A stretch of 64,000 nt of DNA from Podarcis erhardii (taxonomy: Eukaryota), in assembly GCA_964252035.1 (NCBI GenBank), contig OZ176208.1. The stretch is one strand, 5' to 3'. Shown piece after piece: positions 24,325 to 36,665 of this stretch (its first letter is position 1; the number at the start of each line of letters is the position of its first letter). The notes below the pieces were generated by a model. That model was not told the origin of the DNA and did not search any database. It worked only from the letters and a program-made list of their open reading frames with translations. Made by a program: the position numbers and the translations under genes.

Positions 24325-24480
24325 TACATTTATATTTCACATTTTCCCCAAGGAAAACATTTTCCCTGTTTTATCCACACAGCAACCTTGTCACGTACCA
24401 AGCCTGAGAGATAGCTACTAGCACAAGGTGACTCAGTGGGTTCCATGAATGAGTGGGAATTTGGACCTTGGTTTCCCCAC
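24325..24480 (-). mobile_element. Old MIR/Squam3-like SINE fragment
   Basis: The segment 'aaccttgt..aagcctgagagatagctactagcacaaggtgactcagtg..gaatttggaccttgg' resembles the core of the young copy at 56231-56494. A similar piece lies at ~61380-61495. Confidence 0.5.
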
Positions 24481-24696
24481 CCCATGTCCAAGACTCTACC
24501 ACTACCCTACTGCACCTACCCTGCTAGAACACTAACTTTTGTCAATTACTCCCCTCGCTATATTGTCATTATTTTCATTGCTTACTACTGTTGTTATTTC
24601 TTGCTATATTTCTTGCTACTTCTCTTACTGTACTGCATTCTCTGAATTTTGTGAGGTCATTCTTGCCTGAGGGGGGAAAATGCACAAAATGCCTTA

Positions 24697-24697
<1 letters not shown>

Positions 24698-24733
<36 letters not shown>
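24698..24733. repeat. (TG)n microsatellite
   Basis: Direct reading of the sequence. Confidence 0.96.
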
Positions 24734-24736
<3 letters not shown>

Positions 24737-24985
24737 TTTTATTGAATTTTTTTATAATTCTGTTAAAATATTTCATCTTGATGATATGTTGGATTATGCT
24801 TACACCATCCCAGGCACTTTTAGAAGGAAATGCAGGGTAAGAATACAACAAATAAATAAAATAACAAGAAAATATGTTCAAACATATGTTGGAAATGTAA
24901 AAACAACAACAACAACACCCAGGCAAAAAAAAGTATTGCACAAGTGAATATTTAAAGAGTTTTGTGTATGTGCACAAACTGCTAT

Positions 24986-25440
24986 ATTGAAATACTTTAT
25001 TGTCACTTGTACAACTTGTATACAGTGAGATTACACAAGCACCCCCCACTCAGCTCTCTTAGTCTTAATTCCCCTTGTTTACTGACGCACACCCACCAAA
25101 CCTGAAAGTCAGTTGCCCTGTTGTTATCTTTTCATTCAGCAGCCTAAAAGTGCATGGATAGAAGCTGTTCTTTACCCTGTTGGTGCGACTAATCATGCTT
25201 CTATATCTTCTGCCTGAGGGCAGGAGATCAAGAAAGTGCCAGACAGGGTGTGAATAATCCCTGAGAATTTTCCTCCCTCTCCTGAGGCAAGGTTCTTCCG
25301 CTATTTCATCCAGCGGATTCACGGGACAGCCCATAATATCTTATGCTGTATTCACCACCTTCTGTAGGCACTTCCTATCAGTTGATGTCAAACCAGAGTA
25401 CCACACCGAGATGCGAACACTCTCTATTGTTGTATATAAG
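24986..25440 (-). mobile_element. Rex1/Babar-clade LINE 3' fragment
   Basis: The minus strand reads IESVRISVWYSGLTSTDRKCLQKVVNTA*DIMGCP...LLPSGRRYRSMISRTNRVKNSFYPCTFRLLN, a typical Rex/Babar RT C-terminus. The 3' UTR ends GACAATAAAG. One in-frame stop. Confidence 0.8.
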
Positions 25441-25919
25441 ATACAAAGGGGATGAAACAGAATGTAAAAAAAGTGAAAATGAACAAAATGGGATCAGACT
25501 AATTGCTAGTTTTGAGAGGTCCATAAATGGTACAATTTAGGTTAGATATTTCTCCTTCCTTGAGTATGTCCTTGCTGTTAGCCGTCATACCAACAATATC
25601 AGCTGCACATTGGGGGAATGAGATGTCAGCGCCCACCTCTGTGGCTTAACACCACCCCTTGCTGCCATCAGCACTACCCATTCACTGGCCCTCCCCCTCA
25701 GGGTTTAATCTTGAGAGAGCAAGCCATGTGAGTGATGATCTTACTTCTCGCCGTTGATCTTTGTTTCTGCTAGCATGCTTGGAGAAGGCAAGTGAACAGA
25801 ACGCAACAGTGTTGGAAGCGGGGAGGAGCACAGATGGCATATGCTATGATATGGTGGGGTTCAGCAGGTGTCTGATGATGCCAACTCCTGATGCCAGATC
25901 TACTTACCAGGATGAAAAA

Positions 25920-26090
25920 CACAGGAAAAGGTCATCTTGAGTCGGCCCATCGGCCCATCTAGTATATTGTCTACACTGCCTAGCAGCAGCTTTCCAGGAT
26001 TTCAGACAGGATTCTACCTGGAGGTCCTGGGGGTTCAACCCAGAACCTTTTCCATACAAACCCGATTATCTACTCCTTCCCCATATAGGG
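25920..26090 (-). mobile_element. Degraded tRNA-derived SINE (same family as 6639-6827)
   Basis: 'ggcccatctagtatattgtctacactg' tail and B-box-like 'ggggttcaacccagaacctt' on the reverse strand. Confidence 0.6.
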
Positions 26091-29000
26091 CCCCTGACAT
26101 GAACTGGGGAATTTGGCGAGGGATTTCTGATGTTGAGCAAGTCTACAGCTTGAATTAAACCTATTTCTGATATTGCATTGACATCCAAGATCTGTCACAC
26201 CTGAGCATCTGTGTTGATGTACTGGCACCCTGTACTGGAATATATTGCTGTGGGTCTAAGGAATAGGATATATCTGAAAATGGCTGTGTAGTCTTAGGTT
26301 TAGGCTTTTTGAAGAAACACCATAAACTGACATTTCAAATTCTGTGGATATGTGATATGAGCTACAACTGAGTGACTTATTACACAAGACATGCTATAAG
26401 ACCAATGGTTGCTCAAATATGAAGTAACCTGTTCTAAAATGTCTTTCAATGAACATTTATTGTACTGTTATCTCGTTTCACTGAATACACAACAGGAATC
26501 CTGGATTGTAGGTCACTGGCAACGTGATACAGACATTATCTTATCTGTGAAAGTGGTGGTTTGGAAACCTATCCAAAAGGCAGAGAATAAACAAAGCACT
26601 GCAGCATTAGATGACAAATGAAAAGAAAGAGGGAGTACGGTGTCTGAGAGCACCAAATAAAATGAATTTTATATGCAGCATGGTCAAATTTTAGATTAAC
26701 TATAAACCTGATACTTTATAGCCTTCCCTGGGGATATCCATCCATCCATCCTTGCTCATGCTCAACCACACACTTACACTGTAGTGCTGGTGCCAAGCTG
26801 TTTTTTGCTCTAGGCAAGCCTAAGAACTTGCAACCCTCCCACCTCCCAAATTGCTACCTTCAATTTTCAAAAACTGATGTCTTTTAGAAAAAAAGAAAAG
26901 CACAAAACTTAAAACTGCTAAATTTATTTTAAACTGTAAGAATAGGAAATACAGCAATCTTTTATGATCTTTTCTCAAATATAAAAGAAAATGTTTTAGC
27001 CTGCAAATCATTTTGAATAATCTTGTGACTTGTGATATTAAATTTTAAGACTCTTCAAAGTTTCAATTTCAGGAACATCAAAATCTCACTTTGCACACCT
27101 TTTCTTTTGCAAATTTTGTTACCAATTCCTTCAGGTCAAGGATATAATTGATATGGTTGTCAAGCCAACAAGTCTCTTTTGCAAAGTTGTTGAGTGTATG
27201 TAGATTTTTTATAAACCTGAGCTGTGAGAAATTTCATTCACCACTTGCCAGTGACACAAAGTGTGAGAAGGTTCTTTAGGGCAACAGAAACATTAGGCAC
27301 ATTATCCAGGGGTTTTTGTTGTGGTATGAAGAGATATACTCCTTAGGGTAGCATAGACTTTGGAAGTCTTCGAGCTATTGCTAAGTTCACAGCACAGATC
27401 TTCAGCATCAATATTGTTACATGCTACCCCAGTCTCAGAGCAAGGGTGTGAGATTCCAGGAGTACCATGCGTACTTATCAGGGTCTGTGTTTCCTTTATG
27501 GCCATGAGGCACAGAGGATACTGTAGTGTCTTTAGGATATATAGTTTATTTACACATATATACAACCTAAAGCCTATATGAAGAAGTCTACAATATTACT
27601 CTCCAGGAGGTTTCTGTTCCTCTCTGGACTACAGCCTAGCAGCAAAAAGCCATGTCTCTCTGACCCCTAACTTCCTCCTGTTAGCTTGCATCACTACTGT
27701 TCCTCCCAAGCTTTCATTGTTTCTGCCTTTTATAACACCGGCCAAGGCCCCAATCCTCTGATTGTTGCTAGACCATCACCTCAAAGGAAACTAGGCTGAT
27801 TCCAACACCTTTTACACTTGTTGATTCCATGGGTTTAGGGATGTCTGACACACAGCTCAGCACACAGGGACTGACTTAATTAGCCATCTCACATGCTAAT
27901 TTCATAGAACTAACAGCATCTAACACATGTTTTAAGACAAGCCAGTCTGACATGCCATTTTAACATAAATAAATCCCAACATTTACTAAACCCAGGCATT
28001 TAGTGCCCTCAAACTGATAACAACATCATTGTTTCCATTGTGCATCAATGATTTCTTCAAATTCCCACAGACCCTAAGTACACCTTCAGCAGATTTTTTA
28101 ATTGACACTATACATATAATACAGGAAGCCAAAGAGGGAATTGCATTGTTGTAGCTGTTGGAATCTCTCTTCAACAGATTGTATGGCCATTTTGAATAGT
28201 ACTTTGAATAGAAATACATAGAATTTCTGCTTTTTTGCAGTGCCTCTTCTTGGGCCTCATACTCAAACTGCCGTATCTCATTTTTTAACTTGTTCTGTTT
28301 CAGAGTTTGGTAGTATTTCTCGCTGCTTTGTAGTCTCAGTAGCACCTATCAAAATGTGTTGACAACCTTCATCACACCTGGAGCCCACAAGGTAATTATT
28401 GGTCACTTGCAATCGGCTCGTAGCTGAATTTAAATCATCTTCCTTATTTTGTAGTAGCTTGCTTGTAAAGGTTGACTTCAAAAAGGATGTGTTAGCATGT
28501 AACAAGTTTGTACCACAAACTTGACCTTGCAAATTACACCTATCAGTTAACCACCTTTGGGACAGGAAGTTGCTGAGAAAGGAGGAAAAGGAGAAGGCTT
28601 TGTCTCACCACTCAAATTTCCTGGTCCCCACCCCACCCAAAGTTGATGGACAAATGGTGTGTTTGCATCACGTTATGTGATTGTGTGGGGTGTGGCTCAC
28701 CTGCCCCTCCCAATGTTTTATTCAAGTTGGCATTCCTGAGAAAGGGTACAGTAGGAGGAATGCACACTGGAACACTGACATAGTTTCATTATTCTTTTAA
28801 CTGCAAATTGATACACAAATACGGCAACTCAAAGCTGAAAAAAATGAGGATTGGAGAGAAACTGAAATTGACAGATTCTTCCACCCCTATTGCTATAGAG
28901 CTGCAATCTTACGTAAGTCCCATTAAGCTCAGAATGATTTCTGAATCAATATGCACAGGATCACCCTGTTTAAGGTTAAACAGTATTTGTAGTGGAACAG

Positions 29001-32000
29001 GTACACATGCTGCAAAGAAAATGAAACAATTTATTTCACTCGATCGCCCTCCTATTTATCATCTCATCTTTGCTTGCACATCCAGCTTTGATGCAGTGGC
29101 GTGTGCTAGATTAAGACATTAAAACTAGTCTAATTCCCTGCCAAAAAGCCCTCAGCTGCCAGAAAGAGCTATTTTGTTCAAATACTTTAAGAATCAAAAG
29201 ACTGCTTGTAACTCAGAGAGATGGAATTTGTGACTGGCATAAATAAGTATTGAATCAAACTGTCTTTGACAGCAGTAGAATCCAAACACTAAGCCACCTA
29301 GTAATTGCTGAACCATCAGACTTAACACTGTTTGGTTGATTCAATTTTATGCACAAGTTGGCATGTGTATTATATGCCCGTAGAGAAGTAAAAAGGATTT
29401 AAGCAGATCTGAGATCGCAGGTGAGCTTGAATTCCACTGTGGCTCTACATTAAAGCACACCGCTGTGCTCACAAGGCATAAAAATAGTAAGTCCCATATT
29501 TATTTATGTTTTTATGCTCTGTGCATGTTATGGTAATTGATGGTTTATTCTGCTGTAATAGTATTGGGGATTATTTCTTAGGCTTCTAACAGGGTTCTCA
29601 TTTTAGAATTCAATTCTCAATCTTCTGTGATTCGTAAGTCTTAGTACGTATGTACCACAAAGTCCCTCCAGATTTTCTCACCTTTCTGAGTTTTCAGAAT
29701 AATGCATAATGATGGTTCCCTTTTATTTTGTGGGATTCATAAAATGCATGGCATTCATTTTTGATGCTGCCTTTTTCTTGCCACATCTCCACAAGACTTG
29801 ACCCTTATGGACATGCACGAGACCAACCTTCTCTAAGCTGGTACCATCCAGTCCCAGCCAGCATGTAGCTTTTGTGCTTGTGTAGGCTCCCTGTGTCATC
29901 ACAATTTTCAGTCATGAAGGAAGCTTCTCCATGCATGCAAAAGCCTCCCCACAGGGAACCCCACTGTACCCAGGTTGCTTTCCTTATCTGGCAATATCTG
30001 GAAAGGGCTCTCTGGGGTTGAACCTACCACTAGGCAGCTTTTTATGAAATAAAAATAAATATTTTTAATAACAAATAGAAAATAAATCATTGAGTGTATG
30101 TGCAAAGATATTTGCATATCAGCCCCAGAAGCCAGACTGTCAAATCCCATATATTCCTCTTGGTAACATTCAAGGGAACCACAATTTCACAGTGTCCTGT
30201 GGCTGTGCAGTATCTACTGAGGTTTTGAGTGATTGTAATAAGCTCCACCAGGAACCTACAGTCATATTCTTTTGTTCTTCCATGACTGGGCAGGCAGTAA
30301 TGACAACCACTGCACACAGGGCTCTAGAATGTAGCAAGGCATATAGCTGGTTGGGTGGTTGCACGTAGGGTTCCAGTCAATGAAAGTACAAATTTTATCC
30401 AAGCTCTCTTCATGTTTGTGTGTGAGCTAAGCTATTCTACCAACAAATTTTAGAGCCGGGGTGGCTAACCTACTGTTGCTCAACTCCAGCTTCCACCAGT
30501 CCCAGCCCACATGGCCAATGGTCAAGGATGATGAGAGTTGCAGTCCAACAATATCCAGAGAACACCACATTGTCTACCCCTTTGCTACCTTTTGAATGCA
30601 GATCCTTGTATCACCTCAGCAAAGTGGCCCTAAAATGATGCTACACCTCTGTTATTGGCCAGTGGATCTCCCAAGCCATCTCACAGGGGATCTCCTAAGA
30701 GTTGAGGAGTGGGATGTGAATTGCTTGCTTAAAGATCAAACATTTGACTTTTTTATTTTGTTTATGGTGAATACTTTCTGTAATTGAGCAAAAGGATAGC
30801 TTTGCCTATGATTGAAAACAGTCAATGGGGATGGGGATAATGATTGCTAATTCCAGAGAAGGAGAAATGTTTCAGCAAATAGCTAACCATGAATCTCTCT
30901 GTATTTTTGTCTTCTGTTTAAGTAATCCATTTATCTTCTTTTCTAGGACGAACTGTAGACCTTATCTAGCTCTAGGGACCAGATCTCCTTTCAAGAAAGG
31001 GTGGTGTAATGAGTTTGGGCTGTCTTGATTACTATGAGCAGGCAACCAATGAAGGACTTGAATAGCAGCAAAAATAGTCGTGATAGATGGGAATCTCTTT
31101 CCAGCCTATGGAAGAGAATACCTATCAAAGTTTGAAAGATGACACCCTCTAGCTTAGGGGAAGGGCAGATAAATTGTTTGGAGCCAGATTTCCAGATTGA
31201 ATTTAGAGAGACAGGGGGAAAGTGAAAAGTTTTTAGCTGTGGTTAGCTAAAACTTGGATGCGACCTTGGAGCTGATTGAAACACATTCTCTTTGTGATTG
31301 CAAAGCAAGATCAGAGGCTCTGCTACCTACTTATAAGGGTCTTATTTGCTTCTACTATACTCTCCTTGAATATCTGTCAATATTGTTCTTTTCTAGTGCA
31401 GCCTCATCCTAAAGAACTAAACAATCAACAGTGCTACCAGACTTCTCACTGCTCTGGGAGGTGAGGCTAAAAACAAACACACACCCATAGAAAAATGGAG
31501 CACTCCAAAGTCCTTTCTTCTGTCCTGCCAGTGTAAGTCCAACAGGTTGTTGGATGATACACAAGAATCTCCCTTGGCTTCCTACTCTTCCCTACCGTAG
31601 GAATCTGAACATGGAGGGGAGGAGGTGTTGTGTAGACTCAGGCTGCAATCCCACATTTGGGAATAAGTCCCATTGGACTCGATAGGGTTTCAGAATATTT
31701 TTTTATTTTATAATATTTATATGCCAGTTTTGGGGGCAGAGGTCTGTAAAAGGTGGCTTACAAACAATAGAAAACTACAGTATAAAAATCGGTACTGCTT
31801 AAATCAACGATAAAAAAAGAACTACTCAGGCGAGGCCAGTGAGTACAAAGCAGTCTTTAAGTCTGCAGTATAGCCTGCACCAGCTTTACAGGGAGGGATT
31901 TCAAAAGGTGTGGAGCCACCACAGAAAAATCTCACAATTAGTTGGACTGACCTGCCCAATTAGCCTGATTAGCAAAACAGATAAACAGTAATGTCTCTTC

Positions 32001-33248
32001 ATTTTTTGTTTTGAAAATTACAAGGATTGCTTTAGCAGTGAAAGACTCCATGAAATGCTTCTAGCTCAGAATGCTAGCTCTGCATATAATTGTTATATTT
32101 GCATATACTTTAAGAGAGGTATATTGGCCCAATATATTTGTCTGTTTAGAAGGCCCGATGATGATATATGTATTGTTCATCTTGTCATGTGGATTATTTC
32201 TTCTCCTAGAAAAATGACTAGGATTTCTGCTATCAAATTTATTATGAAAGAGGTAAGACTGCTCCTCTCTTTCGCTACCTAAGAACTAGAATTAACATTG
32301 GACAGGAGATAAGAACATAGAAAATGGAATACTGGGCAAGGGGAGAATCTGCTCCTAAAATAAGGCGATGCAGTATTTTGCTCCTGCAATTGCAGTAATA
32401 CCAACCTCTTTTATATCCAGTTTTGAAAAAAGAAAAGAAAACAGCAGCATCCAAAACTGCTTTATAGAAAATGTAGCTGAGCAGTGCCTTTCCTAATCAC
32501 TGTTCTTAAGGCTGAGCAGCAGAAAAAGGTGAACAAAGAGAAGGTAAAAGAGGAACTGCCAGGCTGGGTATTTGATATACAATCCCAGGCTGCTCAGACC
32601 CAGAATAGAAACTAATTTCAGTGTTTCAGATAGTGTGTCAACACAATAACCCAACTTCTCATTCAACTTTGCTCCTGTGTAAGTAGTAAATAATGGCACA
32701 TGTTTCCTACCCAAACTTATGCTACAACCATAGCACAGTAAACACTGGGATCCTATCTGTATATCACATATAATGCTAAAAATTGTTTACAAATGATACA
32801 GCTGTCTTTAAAAGCTATTGGGCAGTCATCCCGTGCAAAAAAGACTGCTTATCTAGAAGACATTTCAAAGAGCAAGAAGCCTGACATTTTGAAATATTGA
32901 CAGGTGTGGGGATTTTTTTTGTTATTTTTTTGCTTTCTAATTTTGATGGCTTTTCACACGAATTACATACAGCAGCCCACAAAGGTCACCACAGTGTGTA
33001 AAATCTGTTTCTTTTCCAATCCTCACTTTGACGGACTGGTTCTCAGGGATTTGACAGCTTCACTTTAGAAATGAAGATAAAATTGTTCCTCTGTGCCAGG
33101 CTCAGAATATAGAATCAGATAAAGACCCCCTTGCCTCCTTGGCAGCCTAGATGTTAAAATGCTCTGAGCCTATAATCTTAAACTTGGAATAGTTGAGTTA
33201 CTTTGCAAAGAAAGAGACATGTCAGGAAAAGTGTTTCAATGGATAATA

Positions 33249-33392
33249 TGAAGCATAGAAGTGTAGAGATGGAAAGCACCACAAGGTTGATCTAGTCCAA
33301 CCCCCTGCAGTGCAGGAATCTTTTGCCCAACATGGGCCTCGAACCCACAACCCCGTGATTAGAGTCTCATGCTCTACTGACTGAACTACATC
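33249..33392 (-). mobile_element. tRNA-Lys-headed SINE with CR1 3' tail
   Basis: The reverse complement TAGTTCAGTCAGTAGAGCATGAGACTCTAATCACGGGGTTGTGGGTTCGAGGCCCATGTTGGGC resembles vertebrate tRNA-Lys(CTT). It is followed by GCAGGGGGTTGGACTAGAT..TTCCATCTCTACACTTCTATG, which matches the CR1 tail at ~20990-21060. Confidence 0.8.
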
Positions 33393-33591
33393 AGAAACAA
33401 GCAAACCAACCAGAAACACAAAAAGGTTATGTTTTTATTTTTCTCCGTTTACTCTGCAGTTTAGTAGAAATATTTGCATGTGCTTAATTTGTTCTGCTAC
33501 ATTTAAAAAACATGAAAACTGCACTCTTTGGGAATTGGAATGAAAGCTGGTATTGAAATCCCTGTAAGATTATAAGTAATGACTATATAAT

Positions 33592-33750
33592 AACATAAGA
33601 ACACAAGAATATCCTCTGGATCAAGCCAATGGCCCATCTAGTCCAGGATCCTGTTCTCCTAGTGGCTAACCAGATGCCCGTGGGAAGCCATGGAGCAGAT
33701 GATGAAGACAAGAGCACTCTACCTTCCTGTGGTTTCCAGCAACTACTAAG
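33592..33750 (-). mobile_element. Older CR1-lineage LINE 3' fragment
   Basis: The minus strand ends ..GGACTAGATGGGCCATTGGCTTGATCC..TTCTTGTGTTCTTATGTT, an octamer tail variant. Confidence 0.6.
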
Positions 33751-33902
33751 CCCCCCTGATAAATATTTGTAGGTAATAATTGCGACTTATTGAAGGGTAA
33801 GTGCCTGACTTACTATCAGGTCCTTGGGAAACAGGTATTAAAGTATGGAGGTGCAACTCATTACTCCAGCACTTTGAAATAACTGTCTGTATGGACTACA
33901 AG

Positions 33903-34384
33903 AGACATCACCTTGCCAACAAAGGTCCGTATAGTTAAAGCTATGGTTTTCCTAGTAGTGATGTATGGAAGTGAGAGCTGGACCATAAAGAAGGCTAATA
34001 GCCGAAGAATCGATGCTTTTGAATTATGGTGCTGAAGGAGACTCTTGAGAGTCCCATGGACTGCAAGAAGATCAAACGTATCCATTCTGAAGGAAATCAG
34101 CCCTGAGTGCTCACTGGAAGGACAGATCGTGAAGCTGAGGCTCCAATACTTTGGCCACCTCATGAGAAGAGGACTCCCTGGAAAAGACCCTGATGTTGGG
34201 AAAGATGGAGGGCACAAAGAGAAGGGGATGACAAAGGACGAGATGGTTGGATAGTGTTCTCGAAGCTACCAGCATGAGTTTGACTAAACTGCGGGAGGCA
34301 GTGGAAGACAGAAGTGCCTGGCGTGCTCTGATCCATGGGGTCACAAAGAGTCAGACATGACTAAACGACTAAAGAACAACAACA
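33903..34384 (+). mobile_element. BovB 5'-truncated 3' fragment
   Basis: Same sequence family as 3662-4113 with an (AAC)n tail. TSD is ATGGACTACAAG / ATGGACCACAAG (33891-33902 / 34385-34396). Confidence 0.93.
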
Positions 34385-34405
34385 ATGGACCACAAGGTGT
34401 ACTCA

Positions 34406-34682
34406 GAGCCAGTGTAGTGTAGTGTAGTGGTTAAGAGAGGTAGACTCATAATCTGGTGAACCGTGAGCACGTCCCTGCTCCTCGACATGCAGCTGCTGGG
34501 TGACCTTGGGCTAGTCACACTTCTTTGAAGTCTCTCAGCCCCACTCACCTCACAGAGTGTTTGTTGGGGGGGGGAGGAAGGGAAAGGAGATTGTTAGCCG
34601 CTTTGAGATTCCTTAAGCGGAGTGATAAAGTGGGATATCAATCCAAACTCCTCCTCCTCTTCCTCCTCTTCTTCTTCTTCTC
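34406..34682 (+). mobile_element. Squam3 (MIR/Ther1-derived) SINE with (CTT/CCT)n tail
   Basis: Head GAGCCAGTGTAGTGTAGTGGTTAAGAG, CORE-like GGGTGACCTTGGGCTAGTCAC, L2-like end TGTTAGCCGCTTTGAG. A homologous copy lies at 56231-56494. Confidence 0.82.
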
Positions 34683-36304
34683 AGCAGCAGGCCACATGGT
34701 GGTCCAGAGCAATGGTGCTGCCCTCCACCAGTATCACTACAGTTTATGTGGGCAGCGCAGGCAACAGTGAGGTTGGGCTGCACAGACACGGTTCCAGCTT
34801 TACCACTGCCTTGGAGCTGGGTGGCAGAGTGGACCTATTTTCCAGATTTGTCTATTCACTGAAATAGATCCATGGAGCCTGTGCAGCTGAAGCTGCCATT
34901 GCACATTACAAGTATGGATTAAGTATATGATTGGATTTGTGACCATGCCAAGATTCCTCTTGCAGCCTTTTATCAGTGCACACATCAACACCTGTAACAC
35001 AGAGGAGGGTGAAGGATGGAAAACAAGGAATGGTGCTGAAAGCTGTGACAAACTGCACATTCGCAGTACTCTATATAGAATTTGGAAATGAAACATATAA
35101 ATGGAGGCTCTCTAATACATCAGTTCCACTTTAGAAATAAGAACTCCCAAAGTTCAGATTCTATTTATTTATTTACTTCATTAAAGTTATACACTGCTTG
35201 ATTGCGAAAAATACTCAAAGTGGTTTACAAAAATACAAAGGGATAAAATTGAGAAAATTCGTAATCTCTGCTTTGGGGCAGAGATCCAGAGCCCCTCTCA
35301 GCCAAACAAGTAGGAGGGCCTCAAAGTGCAGCAAGGGTGCAGCTTATCATCTAGAGAAGGTTGCTGGAATAGGCAGAATGTAAATATATATATAAAAAAT
35401 AATGAATACATTTAATGGGTTGGGGCAGGCTCAGGTCTAAGTCAAAAATTCTAAAAAGTTTAGAGTCTATTATTATCTAACAGCATCACTGCTTCTACCG
35501 TCAAAAGAACTCCTTTGTTAATGGAAGGTCACTTTTGGGTTCAACCCAGTAAGCTATATTTTCCCATATTTTGTTTCCTCAGCTATCTGGGGTACCAGTA
35601 GAATGGAGATACATTTCAAAAGCATTAAAAATGGTGCACAATGCTGTCCTAATTATATGTAAGTGTGGGGATGGACTACAGCCACCCTCTCTTAGAATAC
35701 CAAATTTTTCAACCCCAGAAAAGTCCAGTGAGCAGCTGGAAGACAAAATAAGCTAATCAAGTAACATGGCAGTTCTATTTATTTTACTCAAGTAATTTAT
35801 ACTACCGTAACATTCCAGAAGCATTAGACTGATAAAGGATCTCTGTTTCTTTCCTTTCCTGTCGTGGTACATTGTGTTACTGAAGGACAACTAAGCTGAA
35901 GTGAGTTGCCAGCCTTCGTGTTACATCTTAATATGTGATGCCTTCCTAACTGCAAATCTCACAGCTAGCATCTCACTACACTGCCCATTGCCTCAGAACA
36001 ACAGAATGTATTTCTGTGCTGAGAAGAGTGCATTCATTTCACTTGGAAAGGACAAAGCACTTATCCTTGATTCCACTCAGCTAGGCTAAGTTAAATTAAA
36101 ACTACTCAAGCATCTCAATAAGTTTTTCCTTCCTGCTCCTTCTTCTAGAAGCATGTTTCCTTATCTTCTGAGGGTGGCCCTGGAATGAGAATTAGAGGAA
36201 TGCTTTATTTGTATATTTGGGGAGGAAAGAAGAAGAAAAAAGAAATACTTTTAGAGTTTCATTCCAGCCCCCTTTAGAGTCACTGATCCTGTGTTTCTAC
36301 TAAG

Positions 36305-36665
36305 GATGGAAGGATCTGTCAATTCCACTTTTTTTTTGGTTTCTCATTTTTCCAATCTTAAATTCACTTCTCCGCATTTCAGCTTCAATGTGCAATTTAA
36401 AAACAAAAATCTAGAGAATTCTTTAGCATATTAGTGCAAATTAATACATTTTACTGATGTATAATTTTTGCAAGCAATTTCTCCTAATTTAATGCATTTT
36501 TTGTATGTCATTTTAACTAATCCATTCATTTTTATGCACATCTTCCCCTAACATGCATTTTTTGCAAACACAACTTGGTTGGGGAAATTGCATTGCAAAA
36601 TTCAGATAAGTGCAAACTTCAGAGGGCTTTTGTGTTTCGGTTCTCGTATCGTTTTGGAACATATG
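36305..36665 (+). repeat. Unclassified ~400-bp interspersed repeat
   Basis: The core 'catt(t)ttg..acattacttg(g)ctggaaaactgcactgcaaaatt' recurs at ~49290-49710 (+), ~50055-50275 (-) and ~59385-59640 (+). Confidence 0.65.

Noticed and set aside
33320-33392. tRNA-Lys-like sequence (and the tRNA-Asn-like sequence at 43273-43342) as tRNA genes
   Set aside because: Both have multiple substitutions or indels in the stems and boxes and are fused to CR1 tails, so they are SINE heads.
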